Shown: in pieces, positions 20,147-31,331 of the stretch
How the letters are laid out: each line of letters begins with the position of its first letter
Numbering within the stretch: position 1 is the stretch's first letter
Source: Candidatus Kapaibacterium sp.
GTDB taxonomy: Bacteria > Bacteroidota > Ignavibacteria > Kapaibacteriales > UBA2268
Reading direction: 5' to 3'
NCBI GenBank assembly: GCA_963665665.1
Contig: OY762428.1
Location: forward strand, 1,632,001 to 1,696,000
DNA: 64,000 bases
Translations under genes and position numbers: made by a program
The notes under the pieces: model-generated
The model's database searches: none
The model's input: only the letters and a program-made list of their open reading frames with translations
Told to the model about the DNA's origin: nothing

Positions 20147-21584
20147 TTAATTCGAATTTAAAATGAATTTCGAGGATCCGATTTTTAAACCATTTATTTT
20201 TACAGATAAATTATAACTTCCTAATGGTTTATCGCTTATATCAATATTTATTAGCAATTCACTACCAGTTTTGTTAATTTCATCATGGAAGACATCATTT
20301 CCTATCAAGTTGCTTATAATTATTTCGACCATACCTTTTTGAGTTGAATTTATTTTCAGTTCAAATATACCGGAGTTAGGATTAGGAATAATTTCAAGCT
20401 TGTCGGCTTGATCCTGTTCAATTAGAATACCGCCTTTTTTAAAACTCAGGTCGGGTTCAAAATCGCATACATAATAGCAGGGCTGTGTTTCATTGTCACA
20501 ATCAAGGCCGCTATATCCTGCATCCAGCAGTGTATAAGTATATGTATCATATATTGTTCGGCAAACTTTATATTGTCCCCAACAGCAGCCCTCCGTATAT
20601 GAACATGGAAGGTAATTATTCGGGGGCGACTGATCATGCATCCAGCAGGAAGCCTGAACAATCCTGAAATTTGTTTTACACTGACCAGGTAGCAAATCGT
20701 TATGTTCACCATATCTTAGCAATATACCCATTACCATTTCATGCAATTGTTGGTTGGTATAATAATTGCAATTTTCACATTGATCAACCATATCATAAGG
20801 GCAATCGTCATATAATTCATATTCCAACAGTCTATAATCTTGATATTCCGGAGTACATCCAATTGTTTCCCTATATTCATACACAACGTGAATATGACAA
20901 TGCGGACAATATGGCAAATCGACTTCAATTTCACTCTGCGTCCATTCGCCAAAATCACAGGGTAAATCGCATAGCACGCTGTAATATGGTTCATACTTGG
21001 GATCGTTACATTTTTCCGTACAAGTAGTGGGGCAGGGTGGCTGGATTGGTTCATTATATAGCCTGTTTGTACTCAGGAATTCCCCGGTATCCTTATCAAA
21101 TAAAACGTAGAAATTATTACGACAGCATCTGCTTGTTTCAGGATCGCATGGTTCGTCGCCATTTACACAACTTCCGGCAATATAGGTATATTGTGTAGAC
21201 CCATAATCAGGAGCAATATTATCCCAATAAAAATTCGGGTACTGTGTTGTTAAATCCTGCCAGAATTTTTTGTAAAAAGCGTCTATTATTTGTTCCGTAT
21301 CAACCCCCAAACAATCATCACCATCATAAAATATACCGGTTATACTCATTTCAACGAATCCGTCATCATTAATATAATAGTAATAAATAACGGTAAAGCA
21401 GCAATCTGTAGAATACATTCCGGGTATTTCATTAGCACATATCTCCATTTCCAAAGGAGATAAACCCGAAAAATCCACATATCCGTCATCACAGGGGGGG
21501 GGGGGTATAATCTTCCCATGGTATTTGGGAATAAACATTTGATAAAGAAAATACAAAAAAGGCAAAAACCAACAAGGTTCTCAT
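20147..21584 (-). CDS. Cys-rich T9SS-sorted protein, frameshifted at a poly-C12 tract (phase-variable or sequencing error)
   Basis: GGAGG RBS (21589-21593) and ATG 21584 give signal peptide MRTLLVFAFFVFSLSNVYSQ; C12 tract (G12 on + strand, 21494-21505) puts it one base out of frame with the main ORF; CTD IIPNP...KPLGSYNL...KFIL. Confidence 0.75.
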
Positions 21585-21768
21585 AGTTCCTCCAGAGAAA
21601 TTTGATTAAAAGTAATATCTGTATAAATAATTTAAGAAATATAATTAATTATTCCAAATATATTTATACAAAACAATATTTTAAATATTTTTAAGTTCAT
21701 TTATTGTCTTCCTATGCTTTTTTCTATGATAATAAATTAATTTGCAATGGCTTTTCCATCGAATTTCT

Positions 21769-21776
21769 TATCTTTG
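21769..21776 (+). promoter_or_regulatory. Bacteroidota-type -7 promoter element
   Basis: TATCTTTG (TAnnTTTG) about 50 nt upstream of the MFS start. Confidence 0.4.
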
Positions 21777-21824
21777 CTGAATTGATTTAGATTAAAGGTT
21801 TTTATTAACAATTTTATTAAAATT

Positions 21825-23231
21825 ATGGCAGATACACAGAAAAAATCAGGCGTAAAGGATTTACCTTTCACCTATTGGATAGCTATTATCTATGAATTTT
21901 TCGAAAGAGGCTCATATTACGGAATGATGAGTATTCTTTCTGTTTACATGATCGATCAGCTTGGATTTGAAAGAATGCAGGTGGGTATTATCAAAGGTAC
22001 CATTCAGCCATTGTTATATATCCTCCCGATATTGACCGGGGCAATCGCTGACCGAATGGGATACAGGAAAACTCTGATGGTGGCATTTACGCTGCTGGGA
22101 GGAGGTTACCTGCTTACCAGCCAGATGACAGAATACACAGGCGTATTCATTGCCCTTGTAATAATGGGCTTTGGCGCGGGAACTTTCAAACCGGTTATTT
22201 CAGGCACAATTGCCAAAGTAACTGACGAAGGAAATAGTACTTCGGCCTTTGGTATTTTCTACTGGACAATCAATATGGGAGCTTTTCTGTTCCCGTTCAT
22301 TCTCGTACCGATCCTCAAATCAATGGATTGGTCTTATATTATAATCGCCTCGGCCATTGGTACAGGCGCAATGATTATTCCAACAATTTTTGTCTATAAA
22401 GAACCACCTAGGGAAGAAATTAAGAAAGAGCCTTTCGGTACAATTATGTCTGAAATATTTCTTAAAATCTGGATGGTAATCAAAAATTGGCGCTTCATGC
22501 TGTTTATTGGAATATACTCCATGTTTTGGATTCTTTATTTCCAGATGTTCGATACAGTATTATGGTATGTAAACGATTTTGTAGATGCCACTCCGTTGAA
22601 TAATTTTATGCAACCATTTATGTGGGACGGATGGCAATTCGGCGTTGAACACGTTACGGTTATCAATGCTCTTACAATTATTTGCCTCCAGTTTTTCATT
22701 ACATTCATTGTAAGAAAAACCCCAGCTCTGCCAACGATGGTAGTTGGTATTACACTCGGTACACTTGGAATGGCTTTACTTTCCGTTGGCACTGGAATAT
22801 GGATATTTATTGCAGGTATTTTCCTGTTTTCAATCGGTGAAATGACTGCTCATCCAAAATTCATATCCTATCTCGGGCTTATTGCTCCGCCTGATAAAAA
22901 AGCGACTTATATGGGTTTTGGTTTTCTGTATGGTTTCTTTGGTTCATTAATAGGCTCTCCTCTCGGCGCTTTCCTTTATGTACAATATGTCGATAACCCG
23001 ACTATTAAATTCATCCAGGAACAAATTACTGCTAAGGGATCCGACCTTGTTCTCGCAGCAAACGCAAGTCGCACGGAAGCCCTTGAAGTTGCCGATAAAC
23101 TAAATTTAACACCCGATCAGCTTCTCCAGCACGCATATACAAGCGAGCTTTGGCTGACATTCAGCGCGATCGGCGTATTTTGTATTATTTCAATACTTAT
23201 TTATCATAAGTTTATTAATAAAGACAAATAA
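21825..23231 (+). CDS. MFS transporter, POT/PTR-like peptide transporter
   Basis: EFFERGSYYGM (ExxERxxYYG) motif; GAIADRMGYRK; FYWTINMGA; multiple TM helices. Confidence 0.85.
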   Translation: MADTQKKSGVKDLPFTYWIAIIYEFFERGSYYGMMSILSVYMIDQLGFERMQVGIIKGTIQPLLYILPILTGAIADRMGYRKTLMVAFTLLGGGYLLTSQMTEYTGVFIALVIMGFGAGTFKPVISGTIAKVTDEGNSTSAFGIFYWTINMGAFLFPFILVPILKSMDWSYIIIASAIGTGAMIIPTIFVYKEPPREEIKKEPFGTIMSEIFLKIWMVIKNWRFMLFIGIYSMFWILYFQMFDTVLWYVNDFVDATPLNNFMQPFMWDGWQFGVEHVTVINALTIICLQFFITFIVRKTPALPTMVVGITLGTLGMALLSVGTGIWIFIAGIFLFSIGEMTAHPKFISYLGLIAPPDKKATYMGFGFLYGFFGSLIGSPLGAFLYVQYVDNPTIKFIQEQITAKGSDLVLAANASRTEALEVADKLNLTPDQLLQHAYTSELWLTFSAIGVFCIISILIYHKFINKDK

Positions 23232-23250
23232 TCGATATAATATTGAATAC

Positions 23251-23285
23251 AAAAAAAGGCTGCCTTTACCCGGCAGCCTTTTTTT
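23251..23285. terminator. Bidirectional intrinsic terminator
   Basis: AAAAAAAGGCTGCC-tttaccc-GGCAGCCTTTTTTT. Confidence 0.85.
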
Positions 23286-23300
23286 CATAAATCAAAGTAA

Positions 23301-26300
23301 TTATAATCGTGCAACGCGATTAATCTCGCTTATAAGAGCCTCGTATGTAACGGGCTTCTCTATCCTTCCCACGAAACCAAACTCCTCGTAATTTGCAACA
23401 ACAGGCTGCACAGAATGCCCGCTGAAAACAATAGCCTTAATATCAGGATCAATTTTCTTCAGGTCGTTCAGTACGTCAAGGCCGGATTTACTGCTGCCGA
23501 CAATAGTGAGGTCTAGAATTGTAATATCAAAAGGCTCATCGCTTTGATAGGCATCGGTAAAGCATTCTATTGCAGATTCAGGGCCTTCCGCCAGGCAGAT
23601 ATCACAATCTTCCAGGCTTAGCAGGTCATTTATAATATCCCTGATTTGCTCATCATCATCCATAAGCATTATCTTTGGGTTATTATGAAATCCGGAATTA
23701 TCATCAACATTTTCAGCCTGTCCGTCTTCTTCCGGTTCGGCTGCCGGCAGGTAAATTGTAAATTTGGTTCCAAGCCCGGGTGCTGATTCAACCTGTATGG
23801 CACCATTATGCTTCTGTACAATGAAATGAACTGAAGCTAACCCCAGGCCATGCCCCTTATCTTTGGTTGTAAAGAATGGGGTAAAAATATCTTCAAGATA
23901 CTTGGCCGGAATCCCGAGGCCCTCGTCTTCAATTTCTATCTTAACATACTTACCGCGTTCAAGGTTTGCAATTTGATTATCGTTTACAATCTCGTTGGCA
24001 GAACGAATAAATATTTTACCACCGCCGGGCATTGCCTGGTCTGCATTCAGAACCAGGTTCATTATCACTTCATTTATCTGCTTGGGGTCGATCAATCCGG
24101 GAAGAAGATCAGGAGCAAGATCGAAATTCAGAAATACATTAGAACCTTTCACGGCCATATCAGCAGATTCATTAAGCAACATATTAATATCTTCTTTTTT
24201 TAGCACCGGGCTTCCACTTTTTGAAAATGTCTGAAATCTTGTAGCCAGCGCTGCTGCCTGCTCGATTGAACGCATGATTTTATCAAGATATGCCTTGGCT
24301 TTCATTGGTTTAAGCCGTGCAATTTCAACACTCAGGGACATTGAAGTAAGCATATTCTTGAAATTATGGGCAATTCCGCCGGCAATAACTCCGAGTGATT
24401 CTAACTTGCTTATTTTCTGTAATTCTTCCTGTATTCGCTTTTTACGGGTAATATCTTCGAATATTGATATTATATCGGACTCCGGATCATTTTTCCTCAT
24501 AGAAGTGGCGATATAATTCAACGTCATTATCCTGCCGGATTTAGACTTCATTGGAATTTCATGTTCAACAACATCTTTTTCAATTAAATTGCTGATTAGT
24601 TCGCCTACCTGCACGTAGCTTTCATCATCAGGATAAAATATCCGCGTATTCATCCCGATTATTTCATTTTCATTATAGCCTACCATTTCGGCAAAAGCAT
24701 TATTAATTGATAAGATTGTCCGGTTATTAGAAAGAACCACCCCCACAGGCAGTTTGCGGAATAAATTCCTGAGCTTGTCTTCACTTTCCTTTAACACTTC
24801 CTGGGCAGCATAAACATCTGTCATGTCATGAGCTACTGCATAGATAAGGCCCTGTTCCGGCCTGGAATAGGACATCCAGTCGAAGATTCTGTACGTTCCG
24901 TTCTTACAGCGATACCTGTTTTCGAAATTGAACACAGATTTACCTTTTTGCAGGTCTTCTGCTACAATTTGGTTGGTTTTTTCAATATCATCGGGATGAA
25001 TAAACTCGTTGAACTCATGGCCAACCATCTCGTTCTCGGAAAAACCAAGTACTTTTTCAAATGCAGGGTTTAGAACTAAGAATTTTGATTCATCAAGATC
25101 GGCTATACAAATCGGGCTGATCGACATTTCAAAGATAGATCGGAAACGCTCTTCGCTTTCCTTAAGTGCTTCCTGTGCTTCAACCCTCCGGGAAATATCC
25201 CTTCCTGTACCAATTATTTCAATGACTTCGTTATTATCATCCAATACGGCGCTGTCTGCCCATTCAAACCATTTCCAGCCATTTATTGTTTTTGCTCTCT
25301 GCCGGATTGTGACATGATAAGGCGGGGAATAAAGTTTTTTCATTTCATTCAAAGTTGATTCAATATCGTCTTCATGCACCAAAGGCATAAATATCTGTCC
25401 AAGCAGCTCCTCCTCCTTTTTACCAAATGTTTCACAATAGGATGGGCTTACAAATAGGAATCGTCCCTGCGTGTCAACTTTTACTACAAGGTCGGTCTGA
25501 TTATATAGCAGCAACCTGTATTTCTCTTCACTTTCACGTACTTTATTCTCAGCTTCAATTCTTTCGGTAATATCAACTGATACTCCAAGAACAGCGGGAA
25601 CTTCAGTATCGGAAGTTTTGAACGGAATTTTCGTAGTCTGTAATGTTTTTGTGTTACCTGAAGAATCAGTAATCTGTTCCTCAACTTTATAATCTCTCAC
25701 TTTATTTTCAATAACTTTTCGATCTTCAGATATAAAATATTCTGCTTCTTTTTCATTCGGGTTAAAATCAATATCTTTCTTCCCAACGATATCCAGAGTA
25801 GTTGTTCCATATAAATCTGCAACAGCCTGGTTGGCAATCAGGAATTTTCCGTTTATATCCTTTGCGAATATCAGGTGCGGTACCAGATCGATTATCTGGC
25901 GCAGTTTCTCTTCATTTTCCAGTAGTGCTCGTTGCACTTTCTTCATTTCAGATATGTCAACATGCGTACCTACAACTCTGTAAGGCTTTCCATTTTCATC
26001 CCTTATAGCAAATGCTCTGGACAGTATTTCTACCCAATGGCCGGCCTTGTGTTTCATTCTGAATTCCACTTCAAAGCGCTTTGTTTTTCCCTGAAGATGC
26101 CAATTCATTTCGTCCAAGGTATTCAGCCTGTCTACTGGTTCAGTTAATTCTTCCCAAACTGAGAATTTATTCTCAATTTCATGATATTCATATCCCAGCA
26201 TGGATTTCCAGCCGGGGGAATAATAAATATCATTTGTAATCAAATCCCAGTCAAATAATCCGTCCCTGCTCGCCTTCATAGCCAGCAGGAATCTTTCCTG

Positions 26301-29300
26301 GCTTTCTTTCAGGTCTTGTTCAATTCTTTTCTTCTCCGTTATGTCCATGCCAATACTAAGTACGCCTGTAATATTTCCGGAATTATCCCTTGTAATATTA
26401 TTATTCCAGTTTATAAGCTTTTCTTCTCCGGACTTTACTTTTATAGGGTTTTCATATCTCGAAACTTCGGGGGAATTATTAAGAACATCCTCGAAAACCA
26501 CAGGGATTTCGGACTTCATTGAATCCGGCAAAAATATTTCAAGCCAGTTTTTGCCTATTACTTCAGATTTTTTATAACCCGTAAGGTTTTCAGCATATTT
26601 ATTAAAAGTAGTGATAGTGGCATTTTTATCGAGAGTAACGATAATTGTATTTGCTGTTTCGATAATATTTTCGGCAAAATCTTTTGCTGTTTTTAGTTCA
26701 TCTTCAGCTTTAACCTTATCTGTTATATCGCTGACAATGCTAATTGTACCGTTAGCATTTCCTTTATTATCATGGGAATAATCCCAGTTAACCTGTGTAA
26801 TGATAATTTTATTATCTTTTGTAATATCCTTACCAAAATAAACTACAGGTTGGGGTTGTTCCGTCATCAGGTAATTATAATATTGTTCAAGTTGGATTTT
26901 TTCATTTTCGTCTGCAAGTAATTCCCAGATATATTTTCCTATCAGCTCCGGATAATTATATCCGTGAATTTCATGATGGGCAGGATTACTAAAAATAATT
27001 TTCCCATTAACATCTGCAAGCTGAATCCCGTATGGTGCAGTATCCACCAAGGCACGATATTTTTCTTCGCTTTCCTTCAGAGCATTTTCAGCCTCTGTCA
27101 TCTCGGTAATATCCAGTATTGATACAACAGTCAGGGAAGTTTTAGGAACAACTTTTACATTTAAAAGTGCATCTCTTGTTTCTCCGAATTTGTTGATCAT
27201 TTTAACGCTGTATCGGCTCGGAACCGATTCTTTGTTAGTTAGTCTTGCAGCGTTATTCTTCTTCATAAGTTCCAGATATTCCGGAACCACGTACTTCGTC
27301 CAGCTATTTCCTATTAGTTCATAGGGCAAGTAGCCGGTTACCTTTATAATTTCGTTATTAGCCATGATAATACTGGTATCAGAGTCAACGATCATCATGG
27401 CAGTACCGGTTGATTCAAATATAGTCCTGTACCTGTTCTCACTTTCAATCAGCAACTTCTCGGCCTTTTTTTGTTCGGTAGTATCCGTTACAAAAGCCAT
27501 GAACCTGTTATGCGAAAGCTTAACAGCGCTAACAACCCACCAGCATAAACTACCGCCTTTGCGAATAAATGCAATTTCTTCTGTTGCTTTACCTTCTTCA
27601 ACTACCTTCCTGAAATGATTTTCAGCCTTTTCCAGGTTATCAGGAACAATAATTTCTAAAAGATTCATATTCAAAAGTTCTTCTTCAGAATATCCGGTAA
27701 TTTCTTCTGCGGCAGGATTTACTTCAATATATTGTCCTTTTTCATCGGCAATAAAAATTCCCTGTGGTGAATTTTCAATATAAGACCTTAAACGCCTTTC
27801 ACTTTCAATAAGTTGTTCTTCAATTTTCTTTCTATCGGTAATATCCCTTGTAACGTTAAGAATATAAACATCCTCTCCGGAATCAAAAACAGATGCTGAA
27901 ATAAGCCCTGTTCTTATACTGCCGTCTTTCATAGCAAACTGAGCTTCCATATTCGATACTGAGCCGTTCTCCCTGATAATATTAACCATTTTTTCTCTGT
28001 TATCAGGGTTTTTCCAGATATTCTTATCTATCGATGTTTTACCGATAATTTCCGCTCTGCTATATCCGGTAATCTTCTCGAAACCATCGTTAATATCAAT
28101 ATATAAGCCATCTGATAAGCGATTAATATTAATAGCATCAGGGCTTATTTGAAATGCTTTCCTGAATTTTTCTTCAGATAATTTAAGAGAACGCTCAATT
28201 CTTTTCCTATCTGTAATATCTGTAAATATTACAATACCGGCAATTATATCACCCTCTATATTTAATATCGGCGCAGCATTTGAGAGTACCCAATGGTCAT
28301 TCCCATTTTCATCCCGAATAACTAACTCCTCCCCTTTTACAGATTCACCATTAATAATTGCCCTGGACAAAGGCAATTCTTCAGGATTATATAGAGAGCC
28401 ATCAGGATAATAAGTTTGCCATTTGCCGGAATGATCTGAAACATCAATACCAGTCAACATTTCCCTGTCGCCGCCACGAATATTGAAAGCCGCTGAATTT
28501 GCCATCCTTATCTTGCAATCTGGAGCATCTGCAATAATCACTCCTGAAGCGGAAGCTGCCAAAGCAGTTTCCAGGAACTCTTTTGCTTCGAACAGCTCAT
28601 TTTCCCTTTCTTTCAGGTCACTGATATCAGCATGAGTACCAACCATTCTTATAGCTTTACCATTTGCATCCCTTTCAACGACTTTGCCCCTGCCAAGTAT
28701 CCACACATAAGAGCCGTCTTTCCTTTTAATACGGGACTCCACTTCAAAACTTTCTGTAAGGCCCTCAATACATCCAATATTCGCTTTCATTACTTTATCG
28801 AAATCATCAGGATGAATTGAATCCTTCCAGGAATCCTCTGAATTGCCGAATTCCTCTTCTGTGTATCCGAGTATAGCAAGATAGCCGTGGCTGTAATAAA
28901 CCTCATTTTGGGGTATATTCCAATCCCAGATGCCATCCTTTGTAGCTTCCATAGCAAAGGTAAATCTTTCCTCGCTTCGTTTCAATTTTTCCCTGATATT
29001 ATATTTTTCAGTTACATCCCTAAAAACAAGTACAACGCCACTTATCTCCTGGTCAGAATCGATAATCGGTGCAGCAGAATCTGATATTTGGAATTGCCTT
29101 CCGTCTTTTGATGTTAATTTAGTATGGTTTGCCAGGCCGATAACCCTGCCTGTTTTTAAAACTTCTTCAACAGGATTCTTAATTTTGATTCCGGTATTAG
29201 CATTTTCAATTACAAATACCTTCTCCAATGCCATTCCGATAGCATCTTCCTCATTCCATCCGGTTAGTAGTTCAGCTATCGGATTCATAAAATCAATACA

Positions 29301-29741
29301 ACCGTTTTTATCTGTGGCTATAACTGCATCCCCAATAGAATCCAGAGTTATTCTATACTTCTCCTGGCTTTCTAATATAGTTCTTTCCTTTTCTCCAAAC
29401 TCATCAATAAATATGTTCTTTTGAAAATCTATTTGCTCTTTCCTTGTAATGTTCTCCAGAATTACAGACAGCAAATCCATTGAATATTTTAATGTTTCAA
29501 ATAAACCAATATCAACATCTTCCGTATTGCCATGTATTATAAATAGGCCTGAAACTTTACCATCTGTTGTTATTGGTACAGATGCTGCATCTGCTACATC
29601 TAATTTGGAACTATATTCAATATTAAATTCATCAGACAAATGATTTATTTCGTCCACGAACAATTTAATAACATTTTCCCGGCTTTTAATCCCGGATAAT
29701 TTATTCAACAATTGTAAAATATCGGTAGCTATATTTTCCAT
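23301..29741 (-). CDS. Cytoplasmic hybrid histidine kinase with ~13 PAS domains and C-terminal receiver
   Basis: 13 PAS starts with DIT-type linkers; GGIAHNFKN H-box; NLVLNA, DEGLGI, PFFTTK and GHGLGL boxes; MDDD..LDL..KP receiver. Confidence 0.92.
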   Translation of the reverse strand: MENIATDILQLLNKLSGIKSRENVIKLFVDEINHLSDEFNIEYSSKLDVADAASVPITTDGKVSGLFIIHGNTEDVDIGLFETLKYSMDLLSVILENITRKEQIDFQKNIFIDEFGEKERTILESQEKYRITLDSIGDAVIATDKNGCIDFMNPIAELLTGWNEEDAIGMALEKVFVIENANTGIKIKNPVEEVLKTGRVIGLANHTKLTSKDGRQFQISDSAAPIIDSDQEISGVVLVFRDVTEKYNIREKLKRSEERFTFAMEATKDGIWDWNIPQNEVYYSHGYLAILGYTEEEFGNSEDSWKDSIHPDDFDKVMKANIGCIEGLTESFEVESRIKRKDGSYVWILGRGKVVERDANGKAIRMVGTHADISDLKERENELFEAKEFLETALAASASGVIIADAPDCKIRMANSAAFNIRGGDREMLTGIDVSDHSGKWQTYYPDGSLYNPEELPLSRAIINGESVKGEELVIRDENGNDHWVLSNAAPILNIEGDIIAGIVIFTDITDRKRIERSLKLSEEKFRKAFQISPDAININRLSDGLYIDINDGFEKITGYSRAEIIGKTSIDKNIWKNPDNREKMVNIIRENGSVSNMEAQFAMKDGSIRTGLISASVFDSGEDVYILNVTRDITDRKKIEEQLIESERRLRSYIENSPQGIFIADEKGQYIEVNPAAEEITGYSEEELLNMNLLEIIVPDNLEKAENHFRKVVEEGKATEEIAFIRKGGSLCWWVVSAVKLSHNRFMAFVTDTTEQKKAEKLLIESENRYRTIFESTGTAMMIVDSDTSIIMANNEIIKVTGYLPYELIGNSWTKYVVPEYLELMKKNNAARLTNKESVPSRYSVKMINKFGETRDALLNVKVVPKTSLTVVSILDITEMTEAENALKESEEKYRALVDTAPYGIQLADVNGKIIFSNPAHHEIHGYNYPELIGKYIWELLADENEKIQLEQYYNYLMTEQPQPVVYFGKDITKDNKIIITQVNWDYSHDNKGNANGTISIVSDITDKVKAEDELKTAKDFAENIIETANTIIVTLDKNATITTFNKYAENLTGYKKSEVIGKNWLEIFLPDSMKSEIPVVFEDVLNNSPEVSRYENPIKVKSGEEKLINWNNNITRDNSGNITGVLSIGMDITEKKRIEQDLKESQERFLLAMKASRDGLFDWDLITNDIYYSPGWKSMLGYEYHEIENKFSVWEELTEPVDRLNTLDEMNWHLQGKTKRFEVEFRMKHKAGHWVEILSRAFAIRDENGKPYRVVGTHVDISEMKKVQRALLENEEKLRQIIDLVPHLIFAKDINGKFLIANQAVADLYGTTTLDIVGKKDIDFNPNEKEAEYFISEDRKVIENKVRDYKVEEQITDSSGNTKTLQTTKIPFKTSDTEVPAVLGVSVDITERIEAENKVRESEEKYRLLLYNQTDLVVKVDTQGRFLFVSPSYCETFGKKEEELLGQIFMPLVHEDDIESTLNEMKKLYSPPYHVTIRQRAKTINGWKWFEWADSAVLDDNNEVIEIIGTGRDISRRVEAQEALKESEERFRSIFEMSISPICIADLDESKFLVLNPAFEKVLGFSENEMVGHEFNEFIHPDDIEKTNQIVAEDLQKGKSVFNFENRYRCKNGTYRIFDWMSYSRPEQGLIYAVAHDMTDVYAAQEVLKESEDKLRNLFRKLPVGVVLSNNRTILSINNAFAEMVGYNENEIIGMNTRIFYPDDESYVQVGELISNLIEKDVVEHEIPMKSKSGRIMTLNYIATSMRKNDPESDIISIFEDITRKKRIQEELQKISKLESLGVIAGGIAHNFKNMLTSMSLSVEIARLKPMKAKAYLDKIMRSIEQAAALATRFQTFSKSGSPVLKKEDINMLLNESADMAVKGSNVFLNFDLAPDLLPGLIDPKQINEVIMNLVLNADQAMPGGGKIFIRSANEIVNDNQIANLERGKYVKIEIEDEGLGIPAKYLEDIFTPFFTTKDKGHGLGLASVHFIVQKHNGAIQVESAPGLGTKFTIYLPAAEPEEDGQAENVDDNSGFHNNPKIMLMDDDEQIRDIINDLLSLEDCDICLAEGPESAIECFTDAYQSDEPFDITILDLTIVGSSKSGLDVLNDLKKIDPDIKAIVFSGHSVQPVVANYEEFGFVGRIEKPVTYEALISEINRVARL

Positions 29742-30138
29742 AAATTCACATCTGGATTATTTTAAATAACTGACAGAACGAAAACAAAAACAACATACAC
29801 AACAAGAAATCTTTCGAACAGTATTTTCCGGATACTTCTTTCTTTCGGACTCGACTATTTATTACTTTGCCAGCATATATCTCCAATTATAAATATAATA
29901 AAAAAAGACGATATTTAAATAGTGCAATGTGATTTTATTAACGCTCGGATATTATTAGCATTCCAACATAAAATAATTACAATTACAAAATTTCAGCAGA
30001 TTTTTTGTGGCCAACCCACTTTTCTATGCTTAAAATTACTATTTATGTAACTTAGCCTGAGAATTTTAAAAAAATATCACTATTTTGATGATAATTATTA
30101 AATCTTTTAAATAATATAAATAATCAATTTCCTGCTAT

Positions 30139-31104
30139 ATGAGTGAAGAACTTAATCTGATAGATAAAATAAAAGAAAAAACCGGCTGGATAATTAAGCC
30201 TTTCAGGTTTAAAATAGTAACAGATACAACCGAATGGATGAATATTAACCGCGGGGATGTGATAAGGCTTGAAGGACGGGATTTCGTTGTGCGTGGAAAT
30301 ATGAATGAACCACGCTTTGGAATTGATGACCAGCCGAAATACTGGGTATTCAGTGCGATTGACCTTGAAACATCAGAGGAGAAGATCATTAAAACCGTCT
30401 TCAACGAAGACTTTATGGTTCATATTGGCTTCTTCCGTATACGATGCTACAGAAGCCAGGACAAAGAAAGTAAAGTCCTTGACCTTATAAGGAATGACAT
30501 GAGGTTCATGCAGGGCCGGACAATCTATGACGAAAAAGGAAATAACGTCAGAATAATTGATTATATACGCGGGAAGAATTTCTTCCGATACATACCCCAA
30601 ATCGAAAAATCACATTATGAATATTACCATGAGGACCTGCCAATCATATTCCGGAAGCTTCGTGATTCATTCGAAGCTATTCGCTTCCTGCACAAAAACG
30701 GACTAAACCATGGTGATATCAGAAATGACCATATAATAATCGACAGCGAGACAGGTGTTTTCCGCTGGATCGATTTCGATCTTAATCAGGACGTATCGGA
30801 TTTTGACCTGTGGAGCCTCGGCAATATCCTTTCGTACGCAACAGCAAAAGGAATTAAAACATTCGAGGCCGTAACCAAAAGCCCGGAATTCAGCAATGAT
30901 ATTAAAAATTCACTCAATCATGATGATGCATCAGCATTCTACGAGTACAGGATAATGAATCATGCAAAAATTTATCCATATATAGGACCAAAACTGCAAA
31001 AGCTATTGATGCATTTCACGATAAAGCCAGTTAGCTATTATTCAAGTATTGATGAATTTATGGACGAATTTGATGATATGCTTGAAAGCGAGTTCCCGGA
31101 ATAA
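30139..31104 (+). CDS. Protein kinase-like fold protein
   Basis: LHKNGLNHGDIRNDHII catalytic loop; WIDFD; DLWSLG; KIIK. Confidence 0.75.
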   Translation: MSEELNLIDKIKEKTGWIIKPFRFKIVTDTTEWMNINRGDVIRLEGRDFVVRGNMNEPRFGIDDQPKYWVFSAIDLETSEEKIIKTVFNEDFMVHIGFFRIRCYRSQDKESKVLDLIRNDMRFMQGRTIYDEKGNNVRIIDYIRGKNFFRYIPQIEKSHYEYYHEDLPIIFRKLRDSFEAIRFLHKNGLNHGDIRNDHIIIDSETGVFRWIDFDLNQDVSDFDLWSLGNILSYATAKGIKTFEAVTKSPEFSNDIKNSLNHDDASAFYEYRIMNHAKIYPYIGPKLQKLLMHFTIKPVSYYSSIDEFMDEFDDMLESEFPE

Positions 31105-31331
31105 TATTACAGCCTCTGCGCTCATACAGCATCCCGCTGCCCTGCTCCGGTCAAAGGGCTTAATATCGGTAGTGTAGATCGAAAATATTGTTTCTTATTT
31201 TGTTCCGGAGACACCCAAACTATCTGCAATTACCACCAAACAAAACAACCAATAAAGATTTGATTTGAAAATCAGCCGATCATTATTTAACTTGCAAAAA
31301 AATGCGTAGTAGTAATATTTCAGGGGATTTG

